NCBI GenBank assembly: GCA_965198065.1 | Contig: CBDAON010000004.1 | Span: 1,184,001 to 1,248,000, forward strand | Length of the DNA stretch: 64,000 nucleotides | Source of the DNA: Longimicrobiales bacterium | Lineage (GTDB): Bacteria; Gemmatimonadota; Gemmatimonadetes; Longimicrobiales; Gaopeijiaceae | Direction: 5' to 3' | Made by a program: the position numbers and the translations under genes | Part shown: positions 20,194 to 29,942 of the stretch, piece by piece | How the letters are laid out: every line of letters begins with the position of its first letter | Position numbering within the stretch: position 1 is the first letter of the stretch | Notes under the pieces: generated by a model | The model's database searches: none | Seen by the model: only the letters and a program-made list of their open reading frames with translations | What the model was told of the DNA's origin: nothing

Positions 20194-21573
20194 CTACGAC
20201 GCCATCTTCACCTCGGCGATGCCGTCCAAAACCCAAGGCATCAGCTCGGACACGGTCGGATGTACCAACACCGTCTGCCGATAGTGAGAGCACGGGACTC
20301 CGCTGTGCATGATGGCTGCAAACATGTTGATGACCTCGTCGCCCCCGGGGCCGATGATCGATGCGCCAAGGATGAAGTCGGTCTCGCCATCCACGAGAAG
20401 CTTGGCGAAGCCGTGCGTCTCACCCATCTCAATCGCCCGACTGATCCGACTCATGGGCCGTGTGGCCTTGAGAACCCTGCGGCCCGCGGCGAGCGCCTCC
20501 TTTTCGGTCATTCCAACGCGTCCGAGTGGTGGATCGGAGAAGACCACGTAGACCGGGATCCTGGACGAAAGCCTCCTGGGCCCGCCGAAGAGGTGGTCCA
20601 GCACAATCTCGGCGTCGTTGACAGACGTATGGGTGAAGGCGCCGTGGCCGTTCACGTCACCTAGCGCGAAAACCTCCTCCGCGGCTGTTCGGCAGAAGTC
20701 GTCCACCTGAATGAACCCGCGGGAGTCAGTCTCGATCAGCGTGGCGTCGAGATTCAAGCGGTCCGCGTTGGGCCGGTTCCCTGCGGCAACAAGAAGGTGT
20801 GAACCTTCGACGTCGAGTGGGTCTGCGTCCACGGACGCCCTTACACGGACTCCTCCTCGCCATGGGGTGGCCTCGGTCACGGCGGCGCCCGTCACGACCC
20901 GGACTCCCTCATTCTCAAGCAACTCCCTGATCGAGGCAGCCACATCGGCGTCCTCACGGGGCATGAGTTGTACCGCGTTTTGGAGAAGGGTGACCTCTGA
21001 TCCGAAGCGGCGAAAGATCTGTCCGAATTCGATCCCGATGGGCCCGCCGCCGATAATGACTAAGTGGCTGGGGAGAGCTTCCAAATCAAGCAGCCTCGCG
21101 CTGTCCAGCCAGGGGACCGTTTCGAGCCCCTCGATCTGGGGCACGCGTGGACGAGTGCCTACGTTTATGTAGATGCGCCCTCCTCTGATCCGAGCATCCG
21201 CCACCCGCAGCACGTGGTCGCTTTCGAATGCGGCCCAACCCCTCACAAGGCTCACGTTCTCAGTTTTCTCGATCCATCGGGTCAGTCCTTCACTCGATCC
21301 ACCTCGAACCGAATTCATTCGTTGTCGAACCCGCTCGTAGTTGATCTGGACCGTGCATCCGTCGTACCCGAACTCTTCGCCTCGTCGTGCCAGATGAGCG
21401 GCCCGCGCACTTGCGACGAGGGTTTTGGTAGGCGTGCACCCCCAATTCACGCAGCTTCCGCCGATCTTCCCACCCTCGATAACCGCGATTGAGTCGCCGG
21501 TCGGAATCAATCGACCCAGAAGGGTCCCAGTGCTCTGACCGGTTCCAACGATGATGTGGTCGAATTCCACCAC
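20194..21573 (-). CDS. Class I pyridine nucleotide-disulfide oxidoreductase (Lpd/MerA-like)
   Basis: GGSCVNWGCTPTK, IIGGGPIGIEF, ALGDV, HPTVSE. Confidence 0.92.
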   Translation of the reverse strand: MVEFDHIIVGTGQSTGTLLGRLIPTGDSIAVIEGGKIGGSCVNWGCTPTKTLVASARAAHLARRGEEFGYDGCTVQINYERVRQRMNSVRGGSSEGLTRWIEKTENVSLVRGWAAFESDHVLRVADARIRGGRIYINVGTRPRVPQIEGLETVPWLDSARLLDLEALPSHLVIIGGGPIGIEFGQIFRRFGSEVTLLQNAVQLMPREDADVAASIRELLENEGVRVVTGAAVTEATPWRGGVRVRASVDADPLDVEGSHLLVAAGNRPNADRLNLDATLIETDSRGFIQVDDFCRTAAEEVFALGDVNGHGAFTHTSVNDAEIVLDHLFGGPRRLSSRIPVYVVFSDPPLGRVGMTEKEALAAGRRVLKATRPMSRISRAIEMGETHGFAKLLVDGETDFILGASIIGPGGDEVINMFAAIMHSGVPCSHYRQTVLVHPTVSELMPWVLDGIAEVKMAS

Positions 21574-21731
21574 GGTGAGTGCCCCCTTCTTGAGGATCTC
21601 CGTGCTGCCTTTGAATTGCGGGACCCGGAACCTAGCCGTCCTGCTAGCGGTTTACAGAACGGACGGAAACGTTCGCGAGTCTAACCCGATACTCTCCCAC
21701 CGCATGGCCTGAGTGGTGGAGGATTCAGAGT

Positions 21732-22970
21732 ATGACCCACCTATCCGCGGTGACAAGAATTGACCGGTTCGGCAGGACTCCGGCGAGCCGCCAGGACACC
21801 GTTACCTCTGATTCGACTCCTCATGGGAAGCTGGCTCTTGTAATGGGAGGTGGGGGGGCAAGGGCGGCTTATCAGGTGGGCTTTCTTCGGTGCCTTGCTC
21901 GCAGGCGTCCCGAGCTTAAGGTCCCGATCCTGACCGGGGTTTCCGCGGGCGCGATCAACGCCGCGCTCCTCGCCTCACACCACGGGAGCTTCAAACAGGC
22001 CGTGGATGAGCTCGAGGCGCTTTGGTCGGAGCTCGAGGCAGAAAGGGTCTTCAGGGTAGACCTTCCCTCACTGGCCTTGAATGTCTTGCGGTGGGGACTC
22101 CATCTGGTCTCTGGAGGAATCGTACGGGGAAGCAAGGTTCGGAGCTTTGTCGATACCGGTCCCCTCCGGAACTTGCTCGCTGAGGCCCTCCACGCAGTGG
22201 ACGGAGAGCTGACGGGAATCCAGCCGAATCTTGACACCGGCCGGCTGGATGCACTAGCGCTCACGGCGTCTAGCTACAGCACGGGTCGATCAACAACCTG
22301 GGTCCAAGGCGCAGGAATCCAGCCCTGGACTGCCCCCAAGCGGGAATCTCGCGCGACCACTCTCACCGTGGATCATGTTCTGGCCTCTGCGGCTCTCCCT
22401 ATTTTCTTCCCAGCGGTCCGGATCGGTGACCAATACTACGGGGACGGAGGGATCCGTCGAACGGCCCCCCTTTCTCCCGCGCTTCATCTAGGTGCTGATC
22501 GGATCATGGTGATCTCGACCAAGCATGAGCCGACCCCCGCCGCGGGCGAGCAGCAGGCGGTGCGTTATCCCCCACCGGCACAGGTTATGGGAGCTCTCAT
22601 GAACTCAATCTTCTTGGATGTCCTAGATCAGGACGTCCGTCGCCTAGAGCGTCTCAACCAGCTTTTGGAGGAGATTCCCAACGAAAAGCGCAACGGCCTT
22701 CGGCCGGTAAAGCTGCTGACGCTTCGTCCCTCCCGCGATCTCGGGGCACTGGCGCGGGACTATGAACCCCAGCTCCCCCGGGGCTTTCGCTTTCTCACCC
22801 GTGGCCTGGGCACGCGTGAGGCTGGCAGCGCGGACGCGCTGAGCTTGGTTCTCTTTCAACCGGACTACCTACGACGCCTGATGGACCAGGGAGCGGCAGA
22901 CGCCGAGAGCCGGGGTGAAGAGATAGAGCAATTCCTTTCCGCCGATACTCCAGTGGAAGGAGCCAAATGA
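21732..22970 (+). CDS. Patatin-like phospholipase
   Basis: GGGARAAYQVG, GVSAG, DGG motifs; true start may lie slightly downstream. Confidence 0.9.
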   Translation: MTHLSAVTRIDRFGRTPASRQDTVTSDSTPHGKLALVMGGGGARAAYQVGFLRCLARRRPELKVPILTGVSAGAINAALLASHHGSFKQAVDELEALWSELEAERVFRVDLPSLALNVLRWGLHLVSGGIVRGSKVRSFVDTGPLRNLLAEALHAVDGELTGIQPNLDTGRLDALALTASSYSTGRSTTWVQGAGIQPWTAPKRESRATTLTVDHVLASAALPIFFPAVRIGDQYYGDGGIRRTAPLSPALHLGADRIMVISTKHEPTPAAGEQQAVRYPPPAQVMGALMNSIFLDVLDQDVRRLERLNQLLEEIPNEKRNGLRPVKLLTLRPSRDLGALARDYEPQLPRGFRFLTRGLGTREAGSADALSLVLFQPDYLRRLMDQGAADAESRGEEIEQFLSADTPVEGAK

Positions 22971-25483
22971 TCACGACGCTGTTGGCTATCGCCGCATTTC
23001 TGGGGCTCAGCGTAGCGCTCGTCTACCACTCCTACGCGTATTGGGCGTGGGTCCTACCGGGGGCAATCGCCCTTGCTTGGTGGGCCTTGGCCGAGCCCTC
23101 AATCCCGGAGCTTCCGCTCATCGCGGCCGGGCTCTTCACTGGCCTGGCGCTTGTCTTTGGCCTGCCGGTAATTCGGCGCCCGCTGGTAAGCTCGTGGGCG
23201 ATGAAGTTCCTCGCGCCCATGATGCCACGGATCAGTGAAACCGAACGGGCTGCGCTAGAAGCTGGAACCGTCTGGTGGGACGGCGACTTGTTCTCCGGCA
23301 ATCCAGACTGGCATAAGCTCCTCGACTTCCAGGTCCAGGGGCTGTCTGCCAAGGAGCGTGCCTTTCTGGACGGCCCGGTCGAGCAGCTCTGTGAGTCGAT
23401 CAAGGAGTGGGAGGTGATCCAGGCCGGCGACCTCCCCGTGGAGGCTTGGGACTTCATCAAGGGGCGTGGATTCTTCGGACTGATCATTCCAGAGGAGTAC
23501 GGTGGTTTGGGATTCTCAGCTGCAGCCCACTCGGCGGTCATCGTCAAGTTGGCCAGCCGTAGCGTAACGACTGCCGTCACCGTGATGGTGCCGAACTCGC
23601 TCGGTCCCGCCGAGCTTCTGCTCCACTATGGTACCGAGGCGCAGAAGCGGTACTACCTGCCGAGGTTGGCGAAGGGAGAGGAGGTCCCTTGTTTTGCTCT
23701 CACCGGTCCCGAGGCGGGGAGCGATGCTGCCGCGACGCAGAGTGTAGGGATCGTCTCTCGCGGCATTTTCGAAGGCGAGGAGGTCTTGGGGATGCGCCTC
23801 GACTGGCGCAAGCGATACATCACGCTTGGTCCCATCGCAACCGTGATCGGGCTGGCCTTCCGGCTGCGCGATCCAGACGGGCTCCTCGGGGATCGAGAGG
23901 ACCTGGGGATCACTTGCGCCCTGATTCCGGCAGACCTGCCGGGGATCGAAATCGGTGCGCGGCACGACCCCATGGGGGTGCCGTTTCATAACGGGCCGAC
24001 CACCGGATCCGACGTCTTCGTCCCGCTCGATTTCATCGTTGGGGGTCGGAAGAACGCGGGTGAGGGATGGAGAATGCTTATGGAGAGCCTGGCAGCCGGC
24101 AGGTCAATCTCCCTTCCGGCGCTTGCCGTTGGCTCCGCGCAGATGGCGACCCGGACCGTCGGTGCCTACGCAACCGTGCGAGAGCAGTTCGATACGCCCA
24201 TCGGCCGTTTCGAGGGGATTGAGGAGCCCCTGACCCGCATCGGCGGCCTCACGTACCTGATGAACGCCGCCAGGATACTGATCGCAGGAGGGGTGGACGC
24301 GGGAGAGAAGCCAGCAGTGCTCTCCGCAGTGGTCAAAGCCTACTTGACGGAAGGGATGCGGCAGGTGGTGACCGACGCGATGGACATCCGGGCGGGAGCG
24401 GCGATCTGTCGCGGGCCGAGGAACATCCTCGCAAACGCGTATCAGGCGATACCGATTGGGATCACGGTCGAAGGAGCAAACATTCTTACGCGTTCGATGA
24501 TCATCTACGGCCAGGGAGCGATCCGATGCCACCCCTTCGCCCAAGAGGAGATCCGGGCAGTGGCAGAGCGAGACCTGACTAGGTTCGATCGCGTGTTCTG
24601 GTCGCACGTCGGGTATGTGGCTACGAACGCTGTACGCGCGTTCTTGCTGGGTATCAGCGGCGGAAGAATCACGCGGTCTCCAGTAAGAGGTGACGTCGGG
24701 CACTTCTTCGGTCAGCTGACGCATATGAGCGCGGCATTCGCGCTGATCTCGGACGCCGCGATGGCAACGCTTGGAGGCCAGCTCAAGCGTCGCGAGAAGA
24801 TCAGTGGAAGGCTGGCGGATGCGTTAGCGTGGATGTATCTGGGGTCATCTGCGCTCAAGCGGTACGTTGATGAGGGGAGGCCCGCCTGTGACTTGCCCTT
24901 CGTCCAGTGGTCCTGTGTTTACTCCCTGCAGCAAATCCAGACGGCGTTAGTGGGAGTGCTTGAGAATCTCCCGAATCGTCCAGCGGCCTGGGCACTGCGG
25001 GCTTTGGTGTTCCCCCTCGGTGCTCGCCACCGGGCGCCCAGCGACAAGCTGGGTGCGACGGTCGCCCGCGCACTTCTGGAAGATCGACAGGCGTGCCTGT
25101 CCTTCACGGGCGACATTTACACGCCCCGCGGAGACGAGCCGGGGCTGGGTCGGCTGGAGGAGGCTCTGGAGCGTGCCGTGGAGGCGCTGGCCGTAGAGTC
25201 GAAAATACGCGATGCGGTTCGCGCAGGCCTGCTCGATAAGGCCCCGGGCGACCTAATGCTTGAACGCGCCTTCGAGCTTAAGAGAATCACCAAGAGCGAG
25301 CTCCAGCAGGTCCTCGATGCCGACGAGATCCGAGACGAAGTGATTCAGGTGGACTCCTTCGAGCCAGCAACCTTTGGGCTGGAGGCTCCGATGGCCCCCA
25401 CAGCGTTCCCTCAGGAAGCTAGCCACCTTCCCTACCCGTCCGATGCCTCGAGCGTGAGCAGTCAAGAGCCCCAGGTGGAATAG
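22967..25483 (+). CDS. fadE: Acyl-CoA dehydrogenase, FadE type
   Basis: 838 aa with N-terminal TM; ALEAGTVWWDG, MVPNSLGP, FALTGPEAGSDA, ITVEGANILTRS; ATGA overlap with the patatin gene. Confidence 0.93.
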   Translation: MITTLLAIAAFLGLSVALVYHSYAYWAWVLPGAIALAWWALAEPSIPELPLIAAGLFTGLALVFGLPVIRRPLVSSWAMKFLAPMMPRISETERAALEAGTVWWDGDLFSGNPDWHKLLDFQVQGLSAKERAFLDGPVEQLCESIKEWEVIQAGDLPVEAWDFIKGRGFFGLIIPEEYGGLGFSAAAHSAVIVKLASRSVTTAVTVMVPNSLGPAELLLHYGTEAQKRYYLPRLAKGEEVPCFALTGPEAGSDAAATQSVGIVSRGIFEGEEVLGMRLDWRKRYITLGPIATVIGLAFRLRDPDGLLGDREDLGITCALIPADLPGIEIGARHDPMGVPFHNGPTTGSDVFVPLDFIVGGRKNAGEGWRMLMESLAAGRSISLPALAVGSAQMATRTVGAYATVREQFDTPIGRFEGIEEPLTRIGGLTYLMNAARILIAGGVDAGEKPAVLSAVVKAYLTEGMRQVVTDAMDIRAGAAICRGPRNILANAYQAIPIGITVEGANILTRSMIIYGQGAIRCHPFAQEEIRAVAERDLTRFDRVFWSHVGYVATNAVRAFLLGISGGRITRSPVRGDVGHFFGQLTHMSAAFALISDAAMATLGGQLKRREKISGRLADALAWMYLGSSALKRYVDEGRPACDLPFVQWSCVYSLQQIQTALVGVLENLPNRPAAWALRALVFPLGARHRAPSDKLGATVARALLEDRQACLSFTGDIYTPRGDEPGLGRLEEALERAVEALAVESKIRDAVRAGLLDKAPGDLMLERAFELKRITKSELQQVLDADEIRDEVIQVDSFEPATFGLEAPMAPTAFPQEASHLPYPSDASSVSSQEPQVE

Positions 25484-25588
25484 GAGGAGGGCCTAGAGGC
25501 CGACGCCCCCCGAACACGCTCGCCAATGGAATTTGGCCCTCAACAGCGGGAATGAAGAGCGGGAGTCCTCTCGCCGACACCCCCCACC

Positions 25589-25617
25589 GAGCCCTGTTCT
25601 GGGTCCCATGCTGGAGA
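25589..25617 (+). repeat. Dispersed intergenic motif, copy 1
   Basis: gagccctgttctgggtcccatgctggaga; related to 26024-26064, 28473-28514 and a core at 25991-26005. Confidence 0.55.
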
Positions 25618-25697
25618 TGGCCTTTGTCGTGTGTCGCTGATCCTCGGGCCGGACACACCTGGCGCGTTGCAGGGCCGGGCCAGTTAGGTTGCAGGTC

Positions 25698-25901
25698 ATG
25701 GACCTGACTCCCGATGAACAACCCGTCGTCCGTCGCGCTGTCGCCGCCTACCGCAAGGCGAAGAAGTGGCACGGGGGACAGTTTGAAGGCACGACTGCTG
25801 ACGCGATTCTTGAAGAGTTGGCGCCGTCTCCCGTCCGCTGGACTGAACTCGCCGATTTCGTGATCGCATCGGCAGAAAGACCCACACGAAAGGATCGATA
25901 G
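25698..25901 (+). CDS. Small hypothetical protein
   Basis: 67-aa ORF with protein-like composition; no recognised motif. Confidence 0.4.
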   Translation: MDLTPDEQPVVRRAVAAYRKAKKWHGGQFEGTTADAILEELAPSPVRWTELADFVIASAERPTRKDR

Positions 25902-26023
25902 CGTAGGGGCGACACCCACGGGGCGGGTAACCGACGCCTAGCCGTCACGAGTAGATGGTCGTTGGTGGTCATGATCGAGTCGCGGTCAGTGGGTCCCATC
26001 TAGAGCAGGATTTGACTCACCGT

Positions 26024-26064
26024 AGCCCCCTAAGCACCCCCTTCTGGGTTCCACCCTAAGAGAC
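26024..26064 (+). repeat. Dispersed intergenic motif, copy 2
   Basis: agccccctaagcacccccttctgggttccaccctaagagac. Confidence 0.55.
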
Positions 26065-26291
26065 TGGTGCCGTGACGCACAGGACGATATCAGCCGGACC
26101 GATAGGCCACGTAACTTGCCACGGGACTATCTACTGCTTCTACAACCCGCGCAGGAGTGAACGGCTCGTGAGCACGTGGGTCATCAGGCACGAGCAGCTG
26201 ACTCTTTCCTTGCCGCCTCCCTGAACGCCCAGCATCTTTCCCGCGTCTTCACAGATGGGCGCAGTTCCCGTTCCTCTAGATGTGCGGGACT

Positions 26292-28336
26292 ATGAGCGAC
26301 CCCTCCGACAATCCTCTGAAGCGTCTGATCGGCGATATATCCACCGCCGTAGTCTCTGGCAGGTGCTGGGGATCTACCTGCTTGGCTCCTGGTTCGTATA
26401 TGAGGTGGTCCAGGGGCTCACTCAGGGACTGGGACTTCCTGAGTGGTTTCCCGCGCTTGCCGTGGTGCTACTGCTCATCGGCCTGCCCATCGTTGTAGCT
26501 ACCGCTTTCGTTCAGCAGGGAGCCCCCGGCCGTGCACCGCCTCCAGTCTCCATCACCGCGATGGACGAACTGTATCCGGTCGCGGGGCCCACGGTCTCTA
26601 GTCGGATCTTTACCTGGAACAAAGCGATCATGGGCGGCGTCGGAGCCTTCGCTCTGCTGGGGTTTGTCGGTACCGGTTGGGTGATGTTCGGTGGGCGGCC
26701 TGCTGGACCGGCGGGGAGTGCAACTGGGTCGATCGAGCAGTCGGTTGCTGTGCTCCCGTTTGTGAACATGAGCGGCAATCCCGAAAACGAGTACTTCTCC
26801 GACGGGATCACGGAGGCGCTGCTCAACGCCCTAGCGCAGGTACCCGGTCTTCGCGTTCCTGCCCGCACTTCCTCATTCGCCTTCAAGGGTCAGAACATCC
26901 CGATCGCGGAGATCGCTGAGACACTGGCCGTAGCCAACATCCTCGAAGGAAGCGTCCGCCGACAAGGCGAAAGAGTTCTCATCACAGCGCAGCTCGTGGA
27001 TGCCGAGACAGACACGCACCTCTGGTCCGACGAGTTCGAGCGAGAGTTGGACGACGTCTTCGCGATACAGAGGGAGATTGCGACAGCCATCGCAGATCAG
27101 CTCGAAGTCGCACTGGTCGGAGGCCAACGCGAGACCCTCGTAGTGGTGGCTACCGAAAACCCGGAGGCGTATGACCTCTACCTCCGCGGCCGCGAGTACT
27201 GGGATCGTCCAAACTGGGAAAGACCGAACTTCGAGGCCGCGATCGACTTGTTCGGGAGAGCGGTTGCGCTCGATCCAGATTTTGCGTTGGCGCGGGCGGC
27301 CCTCTCGGTCGCCCACTCAGCTATGACCTGGGGGGGCTACGGAGGCTATGACCAATCCCCTGAGCGCCTGGCAGCTGCCACCGAGGAGGCCGAACAAGCC
27401 TTGCGGCTGCAGCCGGATCTCCCCGAGGCCCACCTCGCCATGAGGTATGTCCACTACTGGGGCAATTACGACCTAAGCCGAGGTCTGGAAGAGTTCGAGA
27501 CGGCGCAGCAACTCTTGCCCAACCATGTCGAGATCATGGAAGCCCGTGGGTTTGTGCACCGGCGGCTCGGCGATTGGCCTGAGGTCTACGCGATCTTCAA
27601 AGAGGCCACCGCACTGGATCCCTATGACGCCGACCTTTTCCAGAACATCGGGGGCCTGACCTTTCTGAATACTGGCCGACATGAGGACGCCGTTCGGGCC
27701 CTGACGCGGGCGGTTGAGTTGGCACCAGACCAGCTACTGTGGCAGGTGCAACTAGGCCGGGCCTACTTGTTCGGAGAAGGTCAGCTCGACTCCTTGCGGG
27801 CGACGGTCGCACGGCTCCCCACCGACGAATCCACCGAGGGAGTGAGGCGCCAGCTAGCTCTTTTCGACAGAGACAGCGAGCAGATGCTGCAGCTGCTCCA
27901 GGACTCAGATGTGCCAAATCCGCTCTACGCCGCATGGGCACACAGATTTCGGGGAGACGAAGTGGCCGCGAGGGTGGCCTTCGATTCTGCTAGAGTGCGT
28001 TTCGAGCGGCTCACGCAGGAGCAACCCGACGACCGTTAAGCCCAAGTCGGTCTCGGCTTTGCGTATGCAGGGCTCGGTAGGGCCGACGCTGCTGCTGCTG
28101 CTGCGGACCGGGTCGCAGAATGGAACCCCGGAGACGCGTTTTCTGCCATAGGTGGCAGTGTTGGGGCCGCTGAGATCTTGGCACAGGCGGGCCTCGCCGA
28201 TCGGGCGGTCGATCTCTTGGCGCAGCTGGCTGATACACCCTTCACGACCACAGGACACGTCCTGCGCCTCGATCCGATTTGGGATCCGATCCGTGACCAT
28301 CCCCGCTTTCAGGCCCTCCTGGAAACTGACCGATGA
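26292..28336 (+). pseudogene. Membrane-anchored TolB-like/TPR protein; frameshift near 26337 and in-frame TAA at 28037-28039
   Basis: MSDPSDNPLKRLIGDI then HRRSLWQVL in another frame; SVAVLPFVNMS..ENEYFSDGITE; after the TAA the frame continues to RLDPIWDPIRDHPRFQALL. Confidence 0.8.
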
Positions 28337-28362
28337 TGGTGATCCTGGCCTAAATCACGTTC

Positions 28363-28413
28363 ATGAGTGACCCCATCGCCCGCCTGAACGCTGCCCTCGA
28401 AGGCCGTTACCGC
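28363..28413 (+). pseudogene. 17-codon remnant of a Ser/Thr kinase start
   Basis: MSDPIARLNAALEGRYR followed by unrelated sequence where ERELG.GGM is expected. Confidence 0.7.
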
Positions 28414-28472
28414 CGGGACGTATGGTCGACCCCCCACGCGACCCACGCTTAGGTCTGGAGAGATCGGACCGA

Positions 28473-28514
28473 AGCCCCCCAAGGGAGCCCTCTTCTGGGT
28501 CCCATCCTAGAGAC
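28473..28514 (+). repeat. Dispersed intergenic motif, copy 3
   Basis: agccccccaagggagccctcttctgggtcccatcctagagac. Confidence 0.55.
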
Positions 28515-28535
28515 CCCACCCCCGTGGGTTCCCGT

Positions 28536-28607
28536 GGCCGAACGTGACCGCAAGCGAAGCGCGCGAGCCTCAAAGTCTACCGCGACAGCAGCAATCACTT
28601 GTTAGAC
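28536..28607 (-). other. Truncated integron attC site
   Basis: Minus strand GTCTAAC AAGTGATTGCTGCTGTCGCGGTA...CGCGCTTCGCTTGCGGTCAC..GGCC is very similar to the attC at 29133-29232 but lacks the R' arm. Confidence 0.7.
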
Positions 28608-28696
28608 GGAAACTCCGCGAGTGTCAGTCCGTGACGGGCTTTTGTATCTCCTTCCAAAGCTCCCACCCATTGGAAGGCGTAGGAGTCAGAGGATCG

Positions 28697-29089
28697 TTAG
28701 GCATCAGCTGCGCCCGACCCCGATCGCCTCAAGAGCGTCTGATAAACAACCCCAACCAAGCTCCAGGCTACCACAAGCACGATGGAGCTCACGGCGCCCG
28801 CTCTGACCCCTCGACTACCACCCAGCACATAGTCCACGTTGACAAGAAGCAGCTGCGAAATGGCCACAGTGAGGGCCGCCTTGACTGGGTGACCCATTTG
28901 CTCAGCGACCCAGGAAAAGAAGAGCACGAGTAGGACATTCGATATCGCAAACCCAACGATCGGTAGCACAAGTGGCTCACTCGTCGGCGCTTCGTTGGCG
29001 AAGAGGTGGCCGAAGGAGAACCCAGCGATCATGTACACGATGGAAAGCGTCAACCACGCACCAATCAGGGCCGGTATTTTGCGTTTCAT
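28697..29089 (-). CDS. Hypothetical 4-TM membrane protein in a gene cassette
   Basis: 130-aa hydrophobic ORF between two attC-like sites, starting about 45 bp after GTTAGGT. Confidence 0.8.
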   Translation of the reverse strand: MKRKIPALIGAWLTLSIVYMIAGFSFGHLFANEAPTSEPLVLPIVGFAISNVLLVLFFSWVAEQMGHPVKAALTVAISQLLLVNVDYVLGGSRGVRAGAVSSIVLVVAWSLVGVVYQTLLRRSGSGAADA

Positions 29090-29132
29090 TCAGCCTCGCT
29101 GGATGAAGGGGGGGCCCGGCCGACCCACGGCC

Positions 29133-29232
29133 ACCTAACGTCTCTCGATTCTGTTGCGCGGCCAATGTGGTGCCCGCATGCGAAGCGCGAGATCCTGATG
29201 CTTACCGCGACAGTAGCAATCGCTTGTTATGC
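29133..29232 (-). other. Integron attC site (complete, 100 bp)
   Basis: Minus strand GCATAAC...GATTGCTACTGTCGCGG...CCGCGCAACAGAATC...GTTAGGT: R''/R' cores plus imperfect inner palindrome with unpaired bases. Confidence 0.8.
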
Positions 29233-29368
29233 GGACTTCCCGCCCGTGGAGGCTCCAGCACTAGGGGCCCGAAGTCGAGGACTACGGTCTCCAAGACACC
29301 TAGGAATGTACGAGGGCCACACTTCGTGATGTCGGGAAGCCCCGAAAACAGACGGTGTGGCCTAGCCG

Positions 29369-29689
29369 CTAGGAGCCAGGAGGCTGGTATGCGGGGCTCC
29401 GCTGGCAGGCCTCATCCACCTCTTCCGGAGTCAACAGCACCACCACATTCGTCGTAACCGCGCCACTGGCGTTCACTGCGAGAGCGGCAGCCGCAACACT
29501 CACATTGTCAGGCATGTCGACGATGACGTAGGCGTCGACTGCCCCGAACGCGAAGTATATCGCCTCCACCGTACCGCCCAACGATGTCAGCAGCTGAGTG
29601 GCCGCGTCGCGTCGGGCTGAGCCGCCGTCCTTCAATAGGCCTTTGACGCCCTCGGCGGCGTACGAAGCCTGGACCAGGTACTTTGCCAT
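29369..29689 (-). CDS. GYD domain protein
   Basis: MAKYLVQASY..EGVKGLLKDGGSARR...GGTVEAIYFAFG..D...LLTPEEVD. Confidence 0.9.
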   Translation of the reverse strand: MAKYLVQASYAAEGVKGLLKDGGSARRDAATQLLTSLGGTVEAIYFAFGAVDAYVIVDMPDNVSVAAAALAVNASGAVTTNVVVLLTPEEVDEACQRSPAYQPPGS

Positions 29690-29942
29690 GGAGAGCCTCC
29701 GATGGTGAGAGTCACGGATTAAGCAACCAAGGTATGGTGGCTGGACAATCAGCAGGCAAGGCAGGCCCTACTCAAGCCGCTGCGGCATCCTGCCGCGCCG
29801 TCGTTGGGGTGGCGATTTGGAAATCGATCAAAGCGAGTCACACGCAGCGAAATCGCAGTTAATCCTGCTGGCCGTGCATGAGGCCGTCGGAGACACTCGA
29901 CCCCCTTGCCGGCATGACTGTCTAGCCGAGGAGGTGCTCACA

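Noticed and set aside
20194..21573. merA mercury resistance call
   Set aside because: No C-terminal Cys-Cys pair, no N-terminal metal-binding domain and no mer operon genes nearby.
25530..25690. Possible attC ending in GTTAGGT at 25683
   Set aside because: No matching RYYYAAC core or inner palindrome found at a suitable distance.
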